Positions 49,562-58,993 of a stretch of DNA of 64,000 nt are shown in pieces (the first letter of the stretch is position 1; each line of letters starts with the position of its first letter). Origin of the DNA: an uncultured Pseudomonadota bacterium. GTDB lineage: Bacteria; Pseudomonadota; Gammaproteobacteria; Ga0077536. A program made the position numbers and the translations under genes. The notes under the pieces were generated by a model, which was not told where the DNA came from, ran no database searches, and was given only the letters and a program-made list of their open reading frames with translations. Location of the stretch: NCBI GenBank assembly GCA_902597385.1, contig CACJXQ010000001.1, positions 31,910 through 95,909 of the forward strand. The letters run 5' to 3'.

Positions 49562-50392
49562 ATGAGCAGAAAGCTGGCAAGGATAAGTGAATTTGTAGTA
49601 GATGCTATAACCTATTTTTCTAGTGCGCGACAAAAGAGTAAGACTCTTGCGCGATTAATGAAAGGTCTATCAGAGCGTTCCTACGGTGTCATTAACTGTA
49701 GCAAGGGACAGCTCCTATTGGATAAACTCAGAAGTCCTCATGCTGCTAGCGCTGCCGAACATTTCTTTATCGATGAGCCTGAGACTCTTGAATGGATTGA
49801 TGGTTTTGAGGACGGTCAAACCTTTTTTGATATCGGTGCTGGGGTCGGGATCTATTCTTTGTACGCTGCCTTAAATCCAGCTTTGAAGGTTTTCTCTTTT
49901 GAACCTAATGGATTCAGCTTTGGTTTATTTCTTGAACATATACGCGTCAACAATTTGTCGAAACAAATAAGCCCCTTTTGTTTGGCTTTAGGTCAAAAAA
50001 CAGAAGTAGAGAACCTTCTATTCAATCAAGTTTCGGAAGGGGCGGGAGGAAGTACCTTCTATAAAGAATTTCAGGAGCGCCACAAAAAGAAACCTGTCTT
50101 TTCCCAGTCTGTAATTAGTTTCTCTGTTGACGAGTTCGTAGAACTTTTTAAAATTTCTGCACCTACCCACATCAAGATTGATGTAGACGGGCTAGAGCCC
50201 GCAATTATCGCGGGAGCGAAGAAAACGCTATGCAGAGTGCAGTCGATAATGGTTGAAGTAGAGTTAGGTAACCTGGATAGAAAAGAAGAGAGCCTTGATT
50301 TACCTTTAAAAAAATTAGGGTTTGAGGAGAGCGATCTATTTAAGGGTATCGGGTCCGGTAGGAATCGCTTCTACCGCAAAAAAAGTGCTTGA
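49562..50392 (+). CDS. FkbM family methyltransferase
   Basis: EPETLEWI, FDIGAGVG, FEPN, HIKIDVDGLE. Confidence 0.9.
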   Translation: MSRKLARISEFVVDAITYFSSARQKSKTLARLMKGLSERSYGVINCSKGQLLLDKLRSPHAASAAEHFFIDEPETLEWIDGFEDGQTFFDIGAGVGIYSLYAALNPALKVFSFEPNGFSFGLFLEHIRVNNLSKQISPFCLALGQKTEVENLLFNQVSEGAGGSTFYKEFQERHKKKPVFSQSVISFSVDEFVELFKISAPTHIKIDVDGLEPAIIAGAKKTLCRVQSIMVEVELGNLDRKEESLDLPLKKLGFEESDLFKGIGSGRNRFYRKKSA

Positions 50393-50400
50393 AGCAGTGC

Positions 50401-50766
50401 TTAAAATTCCACACATCTTCCTTCAAAACCGGCAAGAACGCATTGGAAACCAGAAGGGCAGTCTGTAGAAACAATACAGGTACCCCTAATCTCTTTGTTG
50501 GGTAGGTTTTCTTCAATTATTTGCGCCGGATCTCCTAACCACTTGATTGCTCTATCCCTTATCTCGCCGGTGATAGGTTTCCTTTCAACTGGTTCCTCCG
50601 AACGGTTTTTAATTGAAGAATAACAAATTCCACTGGCACGCTTTTCCCTTTTGAAGCAGGTTTCTCCCAAGCGGCAATCCTCATCATCCATACAAGCTAA
50701 GCTGAAATTCGGTATAGTTACTATAAAAAAAAACAAGAAGAATGGTGTGAAAATTGTTTTTCTCAT
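50401..50766 (-). CDS. Small secreted Cys-rich protein with two 4-Cys repeats
   Basis: Signal peptide MRKTIF...FSLA; CMDDEDCRLGETC...C and CIVSTDCPSGFQC...C. Confidence 0.75.
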   Translation of the reverse strand: MRKTIFTPFFLFFFIVTIPNFSLACMDDEDCRLGETCFKREKRASGICYSSIKNRSEEPVERKPITGEIRDRAIKWLGDPAQIIEENLPNKEIRGTCIVSTDCPSGFQCVLAGFEGRCVEF

Positions 50767-50788
50767 AGTGATAGGCGATTTTGACAGT

Positions 50789-53700
50789 TTAATTACAATT
50801 CTTTTTAGAAGTTCCATAGCCTCCCCCTCCCGGAGTCTCTAACCATAGTATATCTCCTTTATCTAAAATCGTTTGATCAATTCCTTTGAGGGTTATAATT
50901 TTACCGTTCTCTCGAATCACACGATTTTTTCCGATGACTCCATTATCCCCACCATTGAGTCCACAAGGTGGGAATAATCGATGACTAGATAGTAACGAAA
51001 CCTGCATTTTTTCAAGGAATAAGATTTTTCGAGTTACACCGTTTCCGCCAGTATATTGTCCTGAGCCGCCACTATCTGCCCGTATTGAGAAATCACGTAT
51101 CATTACAGGAAATCTAATTTCAAGAATCTCGGGATCTGTTAATCTCGAGTTTGTCATATGGCTATGAACTGCATCGCAACCGTTAAAATCTGGTCCCGCG
51201 CCTGTTCCACCACAGATTGTTTCGTAGTACTGATATTTTTCATTACCAAAAGTCAAATTATTCATCGTTCCCTGAGAAGAGGCCATTTTGTTAAGTGCCC
51301 CGTATAGACAGTCCACTATATTCTGAGACGTTTCTACGTTCCCTGCTACAACAGCTGCCGGTGATCTAGGGTTAAGGAAACTGTCCGTTGGAACTTTAAG
51401 TTTAACTCGTCTTAGGCAGCCCTCGTTAAGTGGTATTTCTTTTTCCACTAGGGTACGAAGGACATACAGAATGCTAGCGTGTGTGATGGCGATTGGTGCA
51501 TTAAGGTTGTTATCGGTTTGTTTACTTGTCCCTTCAAAATCCACAGTTATCGATGGCTCGCTCTTATTTACCAGAATCCTAACGTGAATTTTTTCACCAC
51601 CATCAAATGTTTTCTGGTAACTCCCGGAAGCTAGAGATTTAATAAGATGGACGATTGCTTTTTCTCCTTGCTCCTTTAGCTTTTGCGTATATTTACGTAC
51701 TTGTTCGATGCCGTAGTCGCTAGCAAGCGCTAAAAGTTGGTCTGATCCTTTTTTATTTGCAGCAACCGAAGCTCTTAGGTCGGCTATGTTGTTATCGATA
51801 TTTCGGGAGGGATGTGGGTGGTTTAGGAGTCTTGAGCGAATCAACTGTTCTTGAAATTCCCCCTTGCTGACTATTTTTATATTTTCAAGAAGTACTCCCT
51901 CTTGCTCTATTCGAGTACTATTGGCCGGCATCGAGCCAGGAGTGATCCCGCCTATGTCGGCATGGTGACCTCTTGAGCCAAGGAAAAATAGCGGCTTTTT
52001 TTGGTTATCTACAAACAGCGGGGTTATTACCGTAACGTCAGGTAAATGGGTTCCTCCTTTAAAGGGATCGTTCGTTGCATATACGTCTCCTGGATTCATC
52101 TTGGTACTAAATTCTTTGATTATGTTCTTAACGCTTTCGCTCATCGATCCTAAGTGGACTGGAATATGTGGGGCGTTTGCAAGTAAACAACCATTCTCGT
52201 CAAACACTGCACAAGATAGGTCCAGACGCTCTTTAATATTGACAGAGCGCGAAGTCTTCTGAAAAACAATACCCATTTGATCAGCAATAGTCATTAATTG
52301 ATTCGAGAAAAGCTCTATCTGTATGGTGTCATAGTAATTAGGTGATTGAACATTTTCCTCGAGATTTCTTTCGAGAATGAAACAGCATTCTTTTGTTTTT
52401 CTAATGCTCCATGCTCGCTCTACAACTATTGTGTTTGTATTATTGATAACGACTATAGGTCCTGTTATTGGCTTATTTCCGGCCTGAATCGCTTCGTCGG
52501 AATAAAACGGAATGATTTCTTCTTGTCCTCCAAAAAAAACTTTATGTTCGCCACTTGTTTTGGGCTCAGCTCTGAGTTCAACAGGAAAGGATTCATCCTC
52601 TTTATTCTCTTGGCCTATCGTCTCTACTAATACAGAGGCGATAATTATTGCTGAATCTTTTTCAAGAAAACCATATCTCTCGTTATATTTTTTTTCAAAT
52701 TGAGAGTTCATTTCTCTGTAACTAGCGAGAGTTACTTCCAAGGAATCGTCTGTGCCTTCATATTTTAATCTAAAGTTTATTAGCGTTTCTTGATTTTCCT
52801 CTGCTATTCCTTGTTCTAGTAACTTTTTTGATAATTGTTTTTTAACCTCTAGCACACGTGTTCTTGTTCTTTGGAGCGCTTTTTCTGAGAATTGAATGTT
52901 AATCGTTTCTTCTTTTATTTCTGCAATTTTCGCACAGCCCACACCAACAGCAGATAGTAGGCTAGCATTCTCATCAATTAGAATAGTGGAAATGCCTAAA
53001 GCATCCGCTACCTGACAAGCGTGTTGGCCAGCAGCTCCTCCAAAACAATTCAGGACGTAATTCGATAAGTCTATACCCTTTTGCGTAGATATCTTTCGTA
53101 TAGCATCGGCCATCTTCGAGACAGCTATATGAATGAACCCCTCAGCAACGTCCTCGCTGCTCATATCGGTATCGCTTGAGTCATTAATAGCTTTTGTTAA
53201 GCTTTCGAACTTCTTTATTACTTCAGCGGTGTCTATTTCCTGTTTATTGTCAACACCAAATGTTTTTGGAAAATAACCCGGTCGTATTTTTCCTAGAAGC
53301 ACATTACAGTCGGTCACAGTAAGAGGGCCTCCTTTTTTGTAGCAGGCCGGGCCAGGATTTGAACCGGCTGATTCTGGGCCAACGCGCATATTAACTCCAT
53401 CAAAATCAACTACAGAACCTCCTCCTGCAGCTACAGTCTCTATTGCCATCATAGGAATATTCAACTTGACGCCATTTACTTCGTTTTCGAACTGCCTCTC
53501 ATATTGCCCAGCATAGTGACATACATCCGTAGATGTTCCCCCCATATCGAAACCGATGACGCTTTTTCTACTGTTTTTCTCCGCAGTGCGCGCCGTCCCT
53601 ACAACACCTCCCGCAGGACCGGACAACACACTATTTTTTCCACTAAATAAATGGGCAGAAACCAAACCTCCATGTGATTGCATAAACTCAATCGGAACCT

Positions 53701-54427
53701 CGGGCAGCCTTTTCGATAACTTTAAAATGTAAGCACGAAGAATTGGTGTCAAATAGGCATCAACACAAGTGGTCTCACCCCTCGATACGAACCTGACTGT
53801 TTTAGCCACTTTGTGAGAGAGTGAGATATGTTCAAAGCCAACTTTCTTCGCAATCTTTTCCACCAGTAACTCGTTAGAAGGGTTCAAGTAACTATGCATG
53901 AATACAACAGCAGCAGAAGTGATTCCTTTTTCACGAGTCACTTTAAGTTTTTGAGATATGGCATTTACATCGATACTGCTAAGAATTTCCCCATTAGAAT
54001 TTATCCTCTCATCGACTTCTATTATTTCCTCAAAGAGTATCCTCTTAGGTCTTATTTTCAGTGCAAATAAGTCAGGTCGGTTTTGATATCCGATTCTTAA
54101 GGCATCTTTGAAACCCATTGTGGTAACTAGCACAATGGGCTCCCCCTTGAGTTCTAAAAGGGCATTGGTGCCTATTGTAGTGCCGATTTTAATTTTTCCG
54201 ATTGACTCGGTCGGTAGCCTCTCTGCTCTAGAAATATTTAGTATCTTCCTAATACCCTCCACGGTCGAATCTGAGTAGTTTTTTGGATTATTAGAGAGTA
54301 GTTTTTTGTATACCTTTTCACCTTGAGGATTTATTCCAATTATATCGGTGAATGTTCCGCCTCTATCACACCAAAATTCCCACTTTTTGGTGTTAGCTTC
54401 ACTTAATGACTTTGTTTCCTTTTTCAT
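50789..54427 (-). CDS. ATP-dependent 5-oxoprolinase (fused hydantoinase A/B type)
   Basis: DRGGTFTD, SGPAGGV, DMGGTSTDV, TVAAGGGS, NIKERLD, PVHLGSM, GGTHLPD, SQGTMNN, TPGGGGYG. Confidence 0.95.
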   Translation of the reverse strand: MKKETKSLSEANTKKWEFWCDRGGTFTDIIGINPQGEKVYKKLLSNNPKNYSDSTVEGIRKILNISRAERLPTESIGKIKIGTTIGTNALLELKGEPIVLVTTMGFKDALRIGYQNRPDLFALKIRPKRILFEEIIEVDERINSNGEILSSIDVNAISQKLKVTREKGITSAAVVFMHSYLNPSNELLVEKIAKKVGFEHISLSHKVAKTVRFVSRGETTCVDAYLTPILRAYILKLSKRLPEVPIEFMQSHGGLVSAHLFSGKNSVLSGPAGGVVGTARTAEKNSRKSVIGFDMGGTSTDVCHYAGQYERQFENEVNGVKLNIPMMAIETVAAGGGSVVDFDGVNMRVGPESAGSNPGPACYKKGGPLTVTDCNVLLGKIRPGYFPKTFGVDNKQEIDTAEVIKKFESLTKAINDSSDTDMSSEDVAEGFIHIAVSKMADAIRKISTQKGIDLSNYVLNCFGGAAGQHACQVADALGISTILIDENASLLSAVGVGCAKIAEIKEETINIQFSEKALQRTRTRVLEVKKQLSKKLLEQGIAEENQETLINFRLKYEGTDDSLEVTLASYREMNSQFEKKYNERYGFLEKDSAIIIASVLVETIGQENKEDESFPVELRAEPKTSGEHKVFFGGQEEIIPFYSDEAIQAGNKPITGPIVVINNTNTIVVERAWSIRKTKECCFILERNLEENVQSPNYYDTIQIELFSNQLMTIADQMGIVFQKTSRSVNIKERLDLSCAVFDENGCLLANAPHIPVHLGSMSESVKNIIKEFSTKMNPGDVYATNDPFKGGTHLPDVTVITPLFVDNQKKPLFFLGSRGHHADIGGITPGSMPANSTRIEQEGVLLENIKIVSKGEFQEQLIRSRLLNHPHPSRNIDNNIADLRASVAANKKGSDQLLALASDYGIEQVRKYTQKLKEQGEKAIVHLIKSLASGSYQKTFDGGEKIHVRILVNKSEPSITVDFEGTSKQTDNNLNAPIAITHASILYVLRTLVEKEIPLNEGCLRRVKLKVPTDSFLNPRSPAAVVAGNVETSQNIVDCLYGALNKMASSQGTMNNLTFGNEKYQYYETICGGTGAGPDFNGCDAVHSHMTNSRLTDPEILEIRFPVMIRDFSIRADSGGSGQYTGGNGVTRKILFLEKMQVSLLSSHRLFPPCGLNGGDNGVIGKNRVIRENGKIITLKGIDQTILDKGDILWLETPGGGGYGTSKKNCN

Positions 54428-54446
54428 TTTCTGGGGGATGCTTATT

Positions 54447-55934
54447 TTAATCGATTGCCCAAGAAAGGGATCTTTTAACTGCGCGATACCATGTGCTTTG
54501 AGCTGACTCTTTCATGGCTTGGGTAATCTTAGGTTTAAATATTTTTGGTTCAGAAGCTATTACCGGAATCTCATGTTTATTCTTATGTAGCTTAATACCA
54601 AGACTGGAGACCATGGCAGCTCCTAAGGCCGTAGTTTCTTTATGAGCAGAGCGATACACTGGCCTCTGAAAATAATCAGCTTGAATTTGCATGAGGAGAT
54701 TATTTTCCACCGCTCCTCCGTCGACTCGAATGAAGTCTATTTCTATTTCGGCAGTTTCCGACATCAAATCTATGACGTCATTTACCTGCCATGCTATGGC
54801 ATCTAACACAGCTCTGGCAATATGGTTTTTGTTCGTGTCCCTCGTTAGTCCAATTATAATTCCACGAGCATATGGATCCCAATGAGGAGCGCCAAGACCT
54901 GTGAATGCCGGCACCAATACCACCCCATTTGCATCTTCAACTTTTTCGGCGAGTTTTTCTATTTCCTCCGAGCGTTCTATTATCCCTAGACCATCTCTTA
55001 ACCATTGAACTGTAGAACCTCCCATAAATATGCTTGCTTCCAGAGCATACTCAGTGCTAATTCCGTCACTGAATGCGATGGTAGTTAGTAAGCCCGATGA
55101 TGTTGTATTGGCTTCATCACCTGTGTTTATAAGAGTAAAGCATCCGGTTCCATATGTGCATTTGGTTGAGCCCCTCTGAAAACATCTTTGTCCAAAGAAA
55201 GCAGCTTGTTGGTCGCCCATAACGCCTGAAATCGGAATATTTTTATTAGATATTAAGGAAGTCTCTCCGAAAAATCCCGTGGACGGCTTTACTATAGGAA
55301 GTATTTCTCTTGGGACATCCCAAATGTTGAGTAATTCATCATCCCAAGCCAATGTTTTAATGTTGAATAACATTGTTCTAGAGGCATTAGTCGGATCTGT
55401 ATAATGAACTTTTCCTTGGGTTAGGTTCCAGATTAACCAGGAATCGACTGTGCCAAAAGCAATATTTCCAGCTTTTGCCGCTTCCTGAAGCCCTGGTGTG
55501 TTTCTCATTAACCAATTAATCTTTGATGCTGAGAAATAAGGATCCAAGATTAACCCTGTACTATTGTAAATCAATTGAGCGTGACCTGTCTTAGACACTT
55601 TTTCACAGATTGTTGCGGTTCTTCTATCTTGCCAAACAATAGCATTCCCAATGGGTCTTCCTGTGTCGCGGTTCCAGAGAATAGTTGTTTCTCTTTGGTT
55701 GGTTACACCGATTCCAGCAATAGATGCTTCGTCTACTCCACTCTTATCAACGACCCTTTTAGCAACCTGTAGTTGCTTTGTGATCATTTCTACAGGATCT
55801 TGTTCTACCCATCCCGACTTTGGATAAAATACGTTTATCTCCATTTCATCTGTTGATACTGGTCGCATCGCTTCATCGAATAGCACAGCTCGAACATTAG
55901 TAGTCCCTAAATCTAGTGCCAGTATGTGTTTCAT
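54447..55934 (-). CDS. glpK: Glycerol kinase
   Basis: DLGTT, TNQRET, WQDRRT, DPYFSASK, GDQQAA, KCTYGTG, PAFTGLGAPHW. Confidence 0.96.
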   Translation of the reverse strand: MKHILALDLGTTNVRAVLFDEAMRPVSTDEMEINVFYPKSGWVEQDPVEMITKQLQVAKRVVDKSGVDEASIAGIGVTNQRETTILWNRDTGRPIGNAIVWQDRRTATICEKVSKTGHAQLIYNSTGLILDPYFSASKINWLMRNTPGLQEAAKAGNIAFGTVDSWLIWNLTQGKVHYTDPTNASRTMLFNIKTLAWDDELLNIWDVPREILPIVKPSTGFFGETSLISNKNIPISGVMGDQQAAFFGQRCFQRGSTKCTYGTGCFTLINTGDEANTTSSGLLTTIAFSDGISTEYALEASIFMGGSTVQWLRDGLGIIERSEEIEKLAEKVEDANGVVLVPAFTGLGAPHWDPYARGIIIGLTRDTNKNHIARAVLDAIAWQVNDVIDLMSETAEIEIDFIRVDGGAVENNLLMQIQADYFQRPVYRSAHKETTALGAAMVSSLGIKLHKNKHEIPVIASEPKIFKPKITQAMKESAQSTWYRAVKRSLSWAID

Positions 55935-56671
55935 CTCGTTTGCTCTTCTGCTAATGCGTATTGGACAAAATACTTTGGATTATCAGTAAAGATACCATCT
56001 ACCCCACAGGCTAGACATAGTTCATAATCCTTTAAATTATTTACCGTAAACGCATAGACGCGACGCTTGTTTTTGTGGGCATATTTTATGTTGTGTTTGT
56101 TAATATCACTCATAGGAACATGCACATCTGGTGCGTTGTAAAATTTTGCTCTTTTAATGGCGGAAAAAAAATCATCTTTATAAAGTATAGCTAATTTCCA
56201 TTTATCTGGATAACGCGAAAGTTCTTTCGTTATTTCAATATTGAAAGACGATACGATAATATTTTTCTTATATTGGCCGCTAGTGAATTGAAGGTGGCTG
56301 TCTAATATCTGTGATACTTCTTCTGCTATCCCGGGTTCTTTAAATTCAAGAATTAATTCCTTGATAGGTTTTTGTAGACAGAGAATTTCTTGGAGTAGCG
56401 GTATTTTATCGCCATTCATGCAGCGTAAAAATCTAATAGATTGTGATGAGAAGCTTTTATAATGCCCGCTACCGTCTGTGGTTCTATTCACGGTTTCATC
56501 ATGTAAGATGATGATATTATTCTCGACTGCGCGTAAATCAACCTCTATCCCATCGGCCTTATCATTGAGCGCTTTCGTTATGGCTCGTAAGGTGTTTTCA
56601 CCGTCATTAAAGTTACTTCCTCGATGTCCAATGATGTTCACAGCTGGTTTTCCGCGTTTAGTACAAGACAA
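55931..56671 (-). CDS. Glycerophosphodiester phosphodiesterase
   Basis: IGHRG, ENT, EVDL, HDETVNRTT, FTVN, VDGIFTDNP. Confidence 0.92.
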   Translation of the reverse strand: MSCTKRGKPAVNIIGHRGSNFNDGENTLRAITKALNDKADGIEVDLRAVENNIIILHDETVNRTTDGSGHYKSFSSQSIRFLRCMNGDKIPLLQEILCLQKPIKELILEFKEPGIAEEVSQILDSHLQFTSGQYKKNIIVSSFNIEITKELSRYPDKWKLAILYKDDFFSAIKRAKFYNAPDVHVPMSDINKHNIKYAHKNKRRVYAFTVNNLKDYELCLACGVDGIFTDNPKYFVQYALAEEQTR

Positions 56672-56750
56672 TCAATCATACCGGTCAACCTTAACCTAAA
56701 ATTAGTTTTTATTTGGTATTTTTTCTGTATAAATCAATTAAAATATAAAA

Positions 56751-57284
56751 ATGAAATGGATTTTCGGTTATGGCTCGCTACTTTGGAGGCCTGGTTTTGA
56801 TTTTGAGGTGAAGAAGGCTGCTTCGATTTTTGGCTGGGAGAGGCGGATTTGGCATTCCTCCATTGATCACAGAGGGACAGAGAGTTTTCCAGGGCGAGTT
56901 GCCACGATTGTGCCTGTAGTGGGTGGAGTGTGTGAAGGGGTTGCCTACGGAGTTGTCGATGCTAAATGGAGTGATACCCTTAGCTACTTAGATGATCGGG
57001 AGAAGGCAGGTTACAAAAGAAAATATGTTTTAAGTGTGATAGAAGGAATGGGCTCTAAAAGTGTGGTCACCTATGTAAGCCGCCCCTTTAATAAGTGGGT
57101 TTCAGAAAGGGAGACAGATCGTGAGCTTATTAATCGTATTGTAAATGCGAAAGGAGAGAGTGGGCGGAACATTGACTATCTGATGAGGTTAGATAGAACC
57201 TTAATAGACCTTGAGATAGTGGATGCCCATATCGGGCGCCTAGTGCGATCGTTGAGTCAGTGCCAAATATCAGGAGAAAATTAG
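56751..57284 (+). CDS. chaC: Glutathione-specific gamma-glutamylcyclotransferase (ChaC family)
   Basis: WIFGYGSLLW, HRGTESFPGRV, YLDDRE, GESGRNIDY. Confidence 0.9.
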   Translation: MKWIFGYGSLLWRPGFDFEVKKAASIFGWERRIWHSSIDHRGTESFPGRVATIVPVVGGVCEGVAYGVVDAKWSDTLSYLDDREKAGYKRKYVLSVIEGMGSKSVVTYVSRPFNKWVSERETDRELINRIVNAKGESGRNIDYLMRLDRTLIDLEIVDAHIGRLVRSLSQCQISGEN

Positions 57285-58054
57285 TGTCTGCATTCAAGTA
57301 TTATGTAGGAATAGATTATTCGGGCGCAAAAGCTCCGGTGTCTAGGTTGGCTCAACTGCAGGTATACGAATCGAAAGTCAACTCAGTGCCTAAAAGAGTT
57401 GAACCTTATGACAAAGGTGCAAAGAACTGGTGCCGTAAGGAAGTGGCAAAGTATGTCAGTGAGTTACTGATTGCCAAATCAAATGTAATAATTGGTATTG
57501 ACCACGGATTTTCTTTTCCCAAAAGCTATTTTGAGAAATACAGGATAAAAACTTGGGATGGTTTTCTCACTTATTTTACGAATGAATGGCAAACAGAAAG
57601 AGATCATATGTATGTAGATTTTGCCCGCAAAAAAAATAGTGTAGGTGGAAAAAATACAGATTACAGATTGTGCGAATGTTGGGCTTCAGGAGCCAAGAGT
57701 GTTTTTCATTTTGACGTGCAAGGTTCTGTTGCTAAGTCTACGCATGCCGGCCTGCCATGGATAAAAGCGCTAAGAAGTGATCCTGAGATAAGATCAAAAA
57801 CTCATTTTTGGCCTTTTGACGGATTTGATTTTCCCGAAGATAAATCGGTTGTTGTCGAAGTATTTCCGACACTTTTTAGGCGTCGATTTAACCGAGAGGA
57901 AAGGACGGCCGATCAGCAAGATGCTTATGTGGTTTCTGCTTGGTTAAGGGATATGGATCGTCGAGGGGCAATTCTTGATTATTTCAATCCTCCATTAACC
58001 TTGCCTGAGAGGCAGCAAGTTAGGTTAGAGGGCTGGGTCTTTGGTGTGAGATAG
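57284..58054 (+). CDS. Hypothetical protein, DUF429-like RNase H-fold nuclease candidate
   Basis: GIDYSGA, IGIDHGFSFP, FWPFDG, EVFP, DQQDA, EGWV; GTG start overlaps the chaC stop. Confidence 0.65.
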   Translation: MSAFKYYVGIDYSGAKAPVSRLAQLQVYESKVNSVPKRVEPYDKGAKNWCRKEVAKYVSELLIAKSNVIIGIDHGFSFPKSYFEKYRIKTWDGFLTYFTNEWQTERDHMYVDFARKKNSVGGKNTDYRLCECWASGAKSVFHFDVQGSVAKSTHAGLPWIKALRSDPEIRSKTHFWPFDGFDFPEDKSVVVEVFPTLFRRRFNREERTADQQDAYVVSAWLRDMDRRGAILDYFNPPLTLPERQQVRLEGWVFGVR

Positions 58055-58076
58055 TTAATGGGTAAAACTAGTTGAT

Positions 58077-58625
58077 TTATTTTCCAGTAAAACATTGTCT
58101 GACTTGAGTACGGTTGGCTATGTTGGCATCGTCGCTACAAATTGTTCCGCCCGTTATACACTCTCGCGATGCTTGGTCAATACTTAAGGTTCCACACGTG
58201 TCATTAGCCTGGTTTCCCTGTGGCGTTGCATTGATAGTGTACGTGATAGGTGTGGCTATGCTGCTTAAGAGATAGTTGACAGTCATCCCACCGCCAGCAG
58301 CTGCCTTAGGTGATGTTGTAATTGGTGGTGCCGCTATGCCAGAGTCGTCGTAACTTCCGAAGACAGTAAATTGTCGCTCCATCCATTGCGATAGCTCCAA
58401 CATATTGGAGATGGCTTCACTTCTGTTGGTTCGCATTCCATAGGCTTGATAATTTGGGATGGCCACGGACATGACTATCGCTAATATAGCAACAACTATC
58501 ATCAGTTCTATTAGCGTAAATCCTCGATATTTTGCGTCTTCCATGCGACTAGAATTTCTAGTCGAGAAGCATCGTTGATCTTTCTTTTTTATTATCATCT
58601 CTTTGCTTTGTTGTTTTTTATTCAT
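58077..58625 (-). CDS. pilE: Type IV minor pilin PilE
   Basis: [17 protein letters not shown] prepilin site, C-terminal Cys; real start probably ATG 58544. Confidence 0.88.
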   Translation of the reverse strand: MNKKQQSKEMIIKKKDQRCFSTRNSSRMEDAKYRGFTLIELMIVVAILAIVMSVAIPNYQAYGMRTNRSEAISNMLELSQWMERQFTVFGSYDDSGIAAPPITTSPKAAAGGGMTVNYLLSSIATPITYTINATPQGNQANDTCGTLSIDQASRECITGGTICSDDANIANRTQVRQCFTGK

Positions 58626-58983
58626 TAAATTGATGGATAGAAGAAGCTGTTAATTCACCTTTTTCATAGGCAACACCAACTCTAATTTCAGAGCCAATTT
58701 TCAAGTCTTGGAAAGAGAGGGGAACAGAGCTATTTTCCCTAGTAAAAGATGTCTGGGATTTAATTAGAATAGATTGGTCTCTGATCACAATCCTCCTTTC
58801 ATTTTTTTCTATTAAGGATATGGTGCCTTCGAGAAAAATATTTTCTAAGCCTAATGACGGTTGAATGCCTGCCCCTGATAAACGTTCCTTAGTTAGACTC
58901 ATTTTTTCCTTTTCAGATGCTAGAGAAGTGATGCTATGAGAGATCAAAAAGAAAAAAAGAAAAATCATTTTTTTGTATTTCAT
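58618..58983 (-). CDS. Small secreted OB-fold-like protein in the PilY2 position
   Basis: Signal peptide; LEGTISLI...[10 protein letters not shown]; lies between pilY1 and pilE. Confidence 0.6.
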   Translation of the reverse strand: MKYKKMIFLFFFLISHSITSLASEKEKMSLTKERLSGAGIQPSLGLENIFLEGTISLIEKNERRIVIRDQSILIKSQTSFTRENSSVPLSFQDLKIGSEIRVGVAYEKGELTASSIHQFNE

Positions 58984-58993
58984 GATTAAACCC

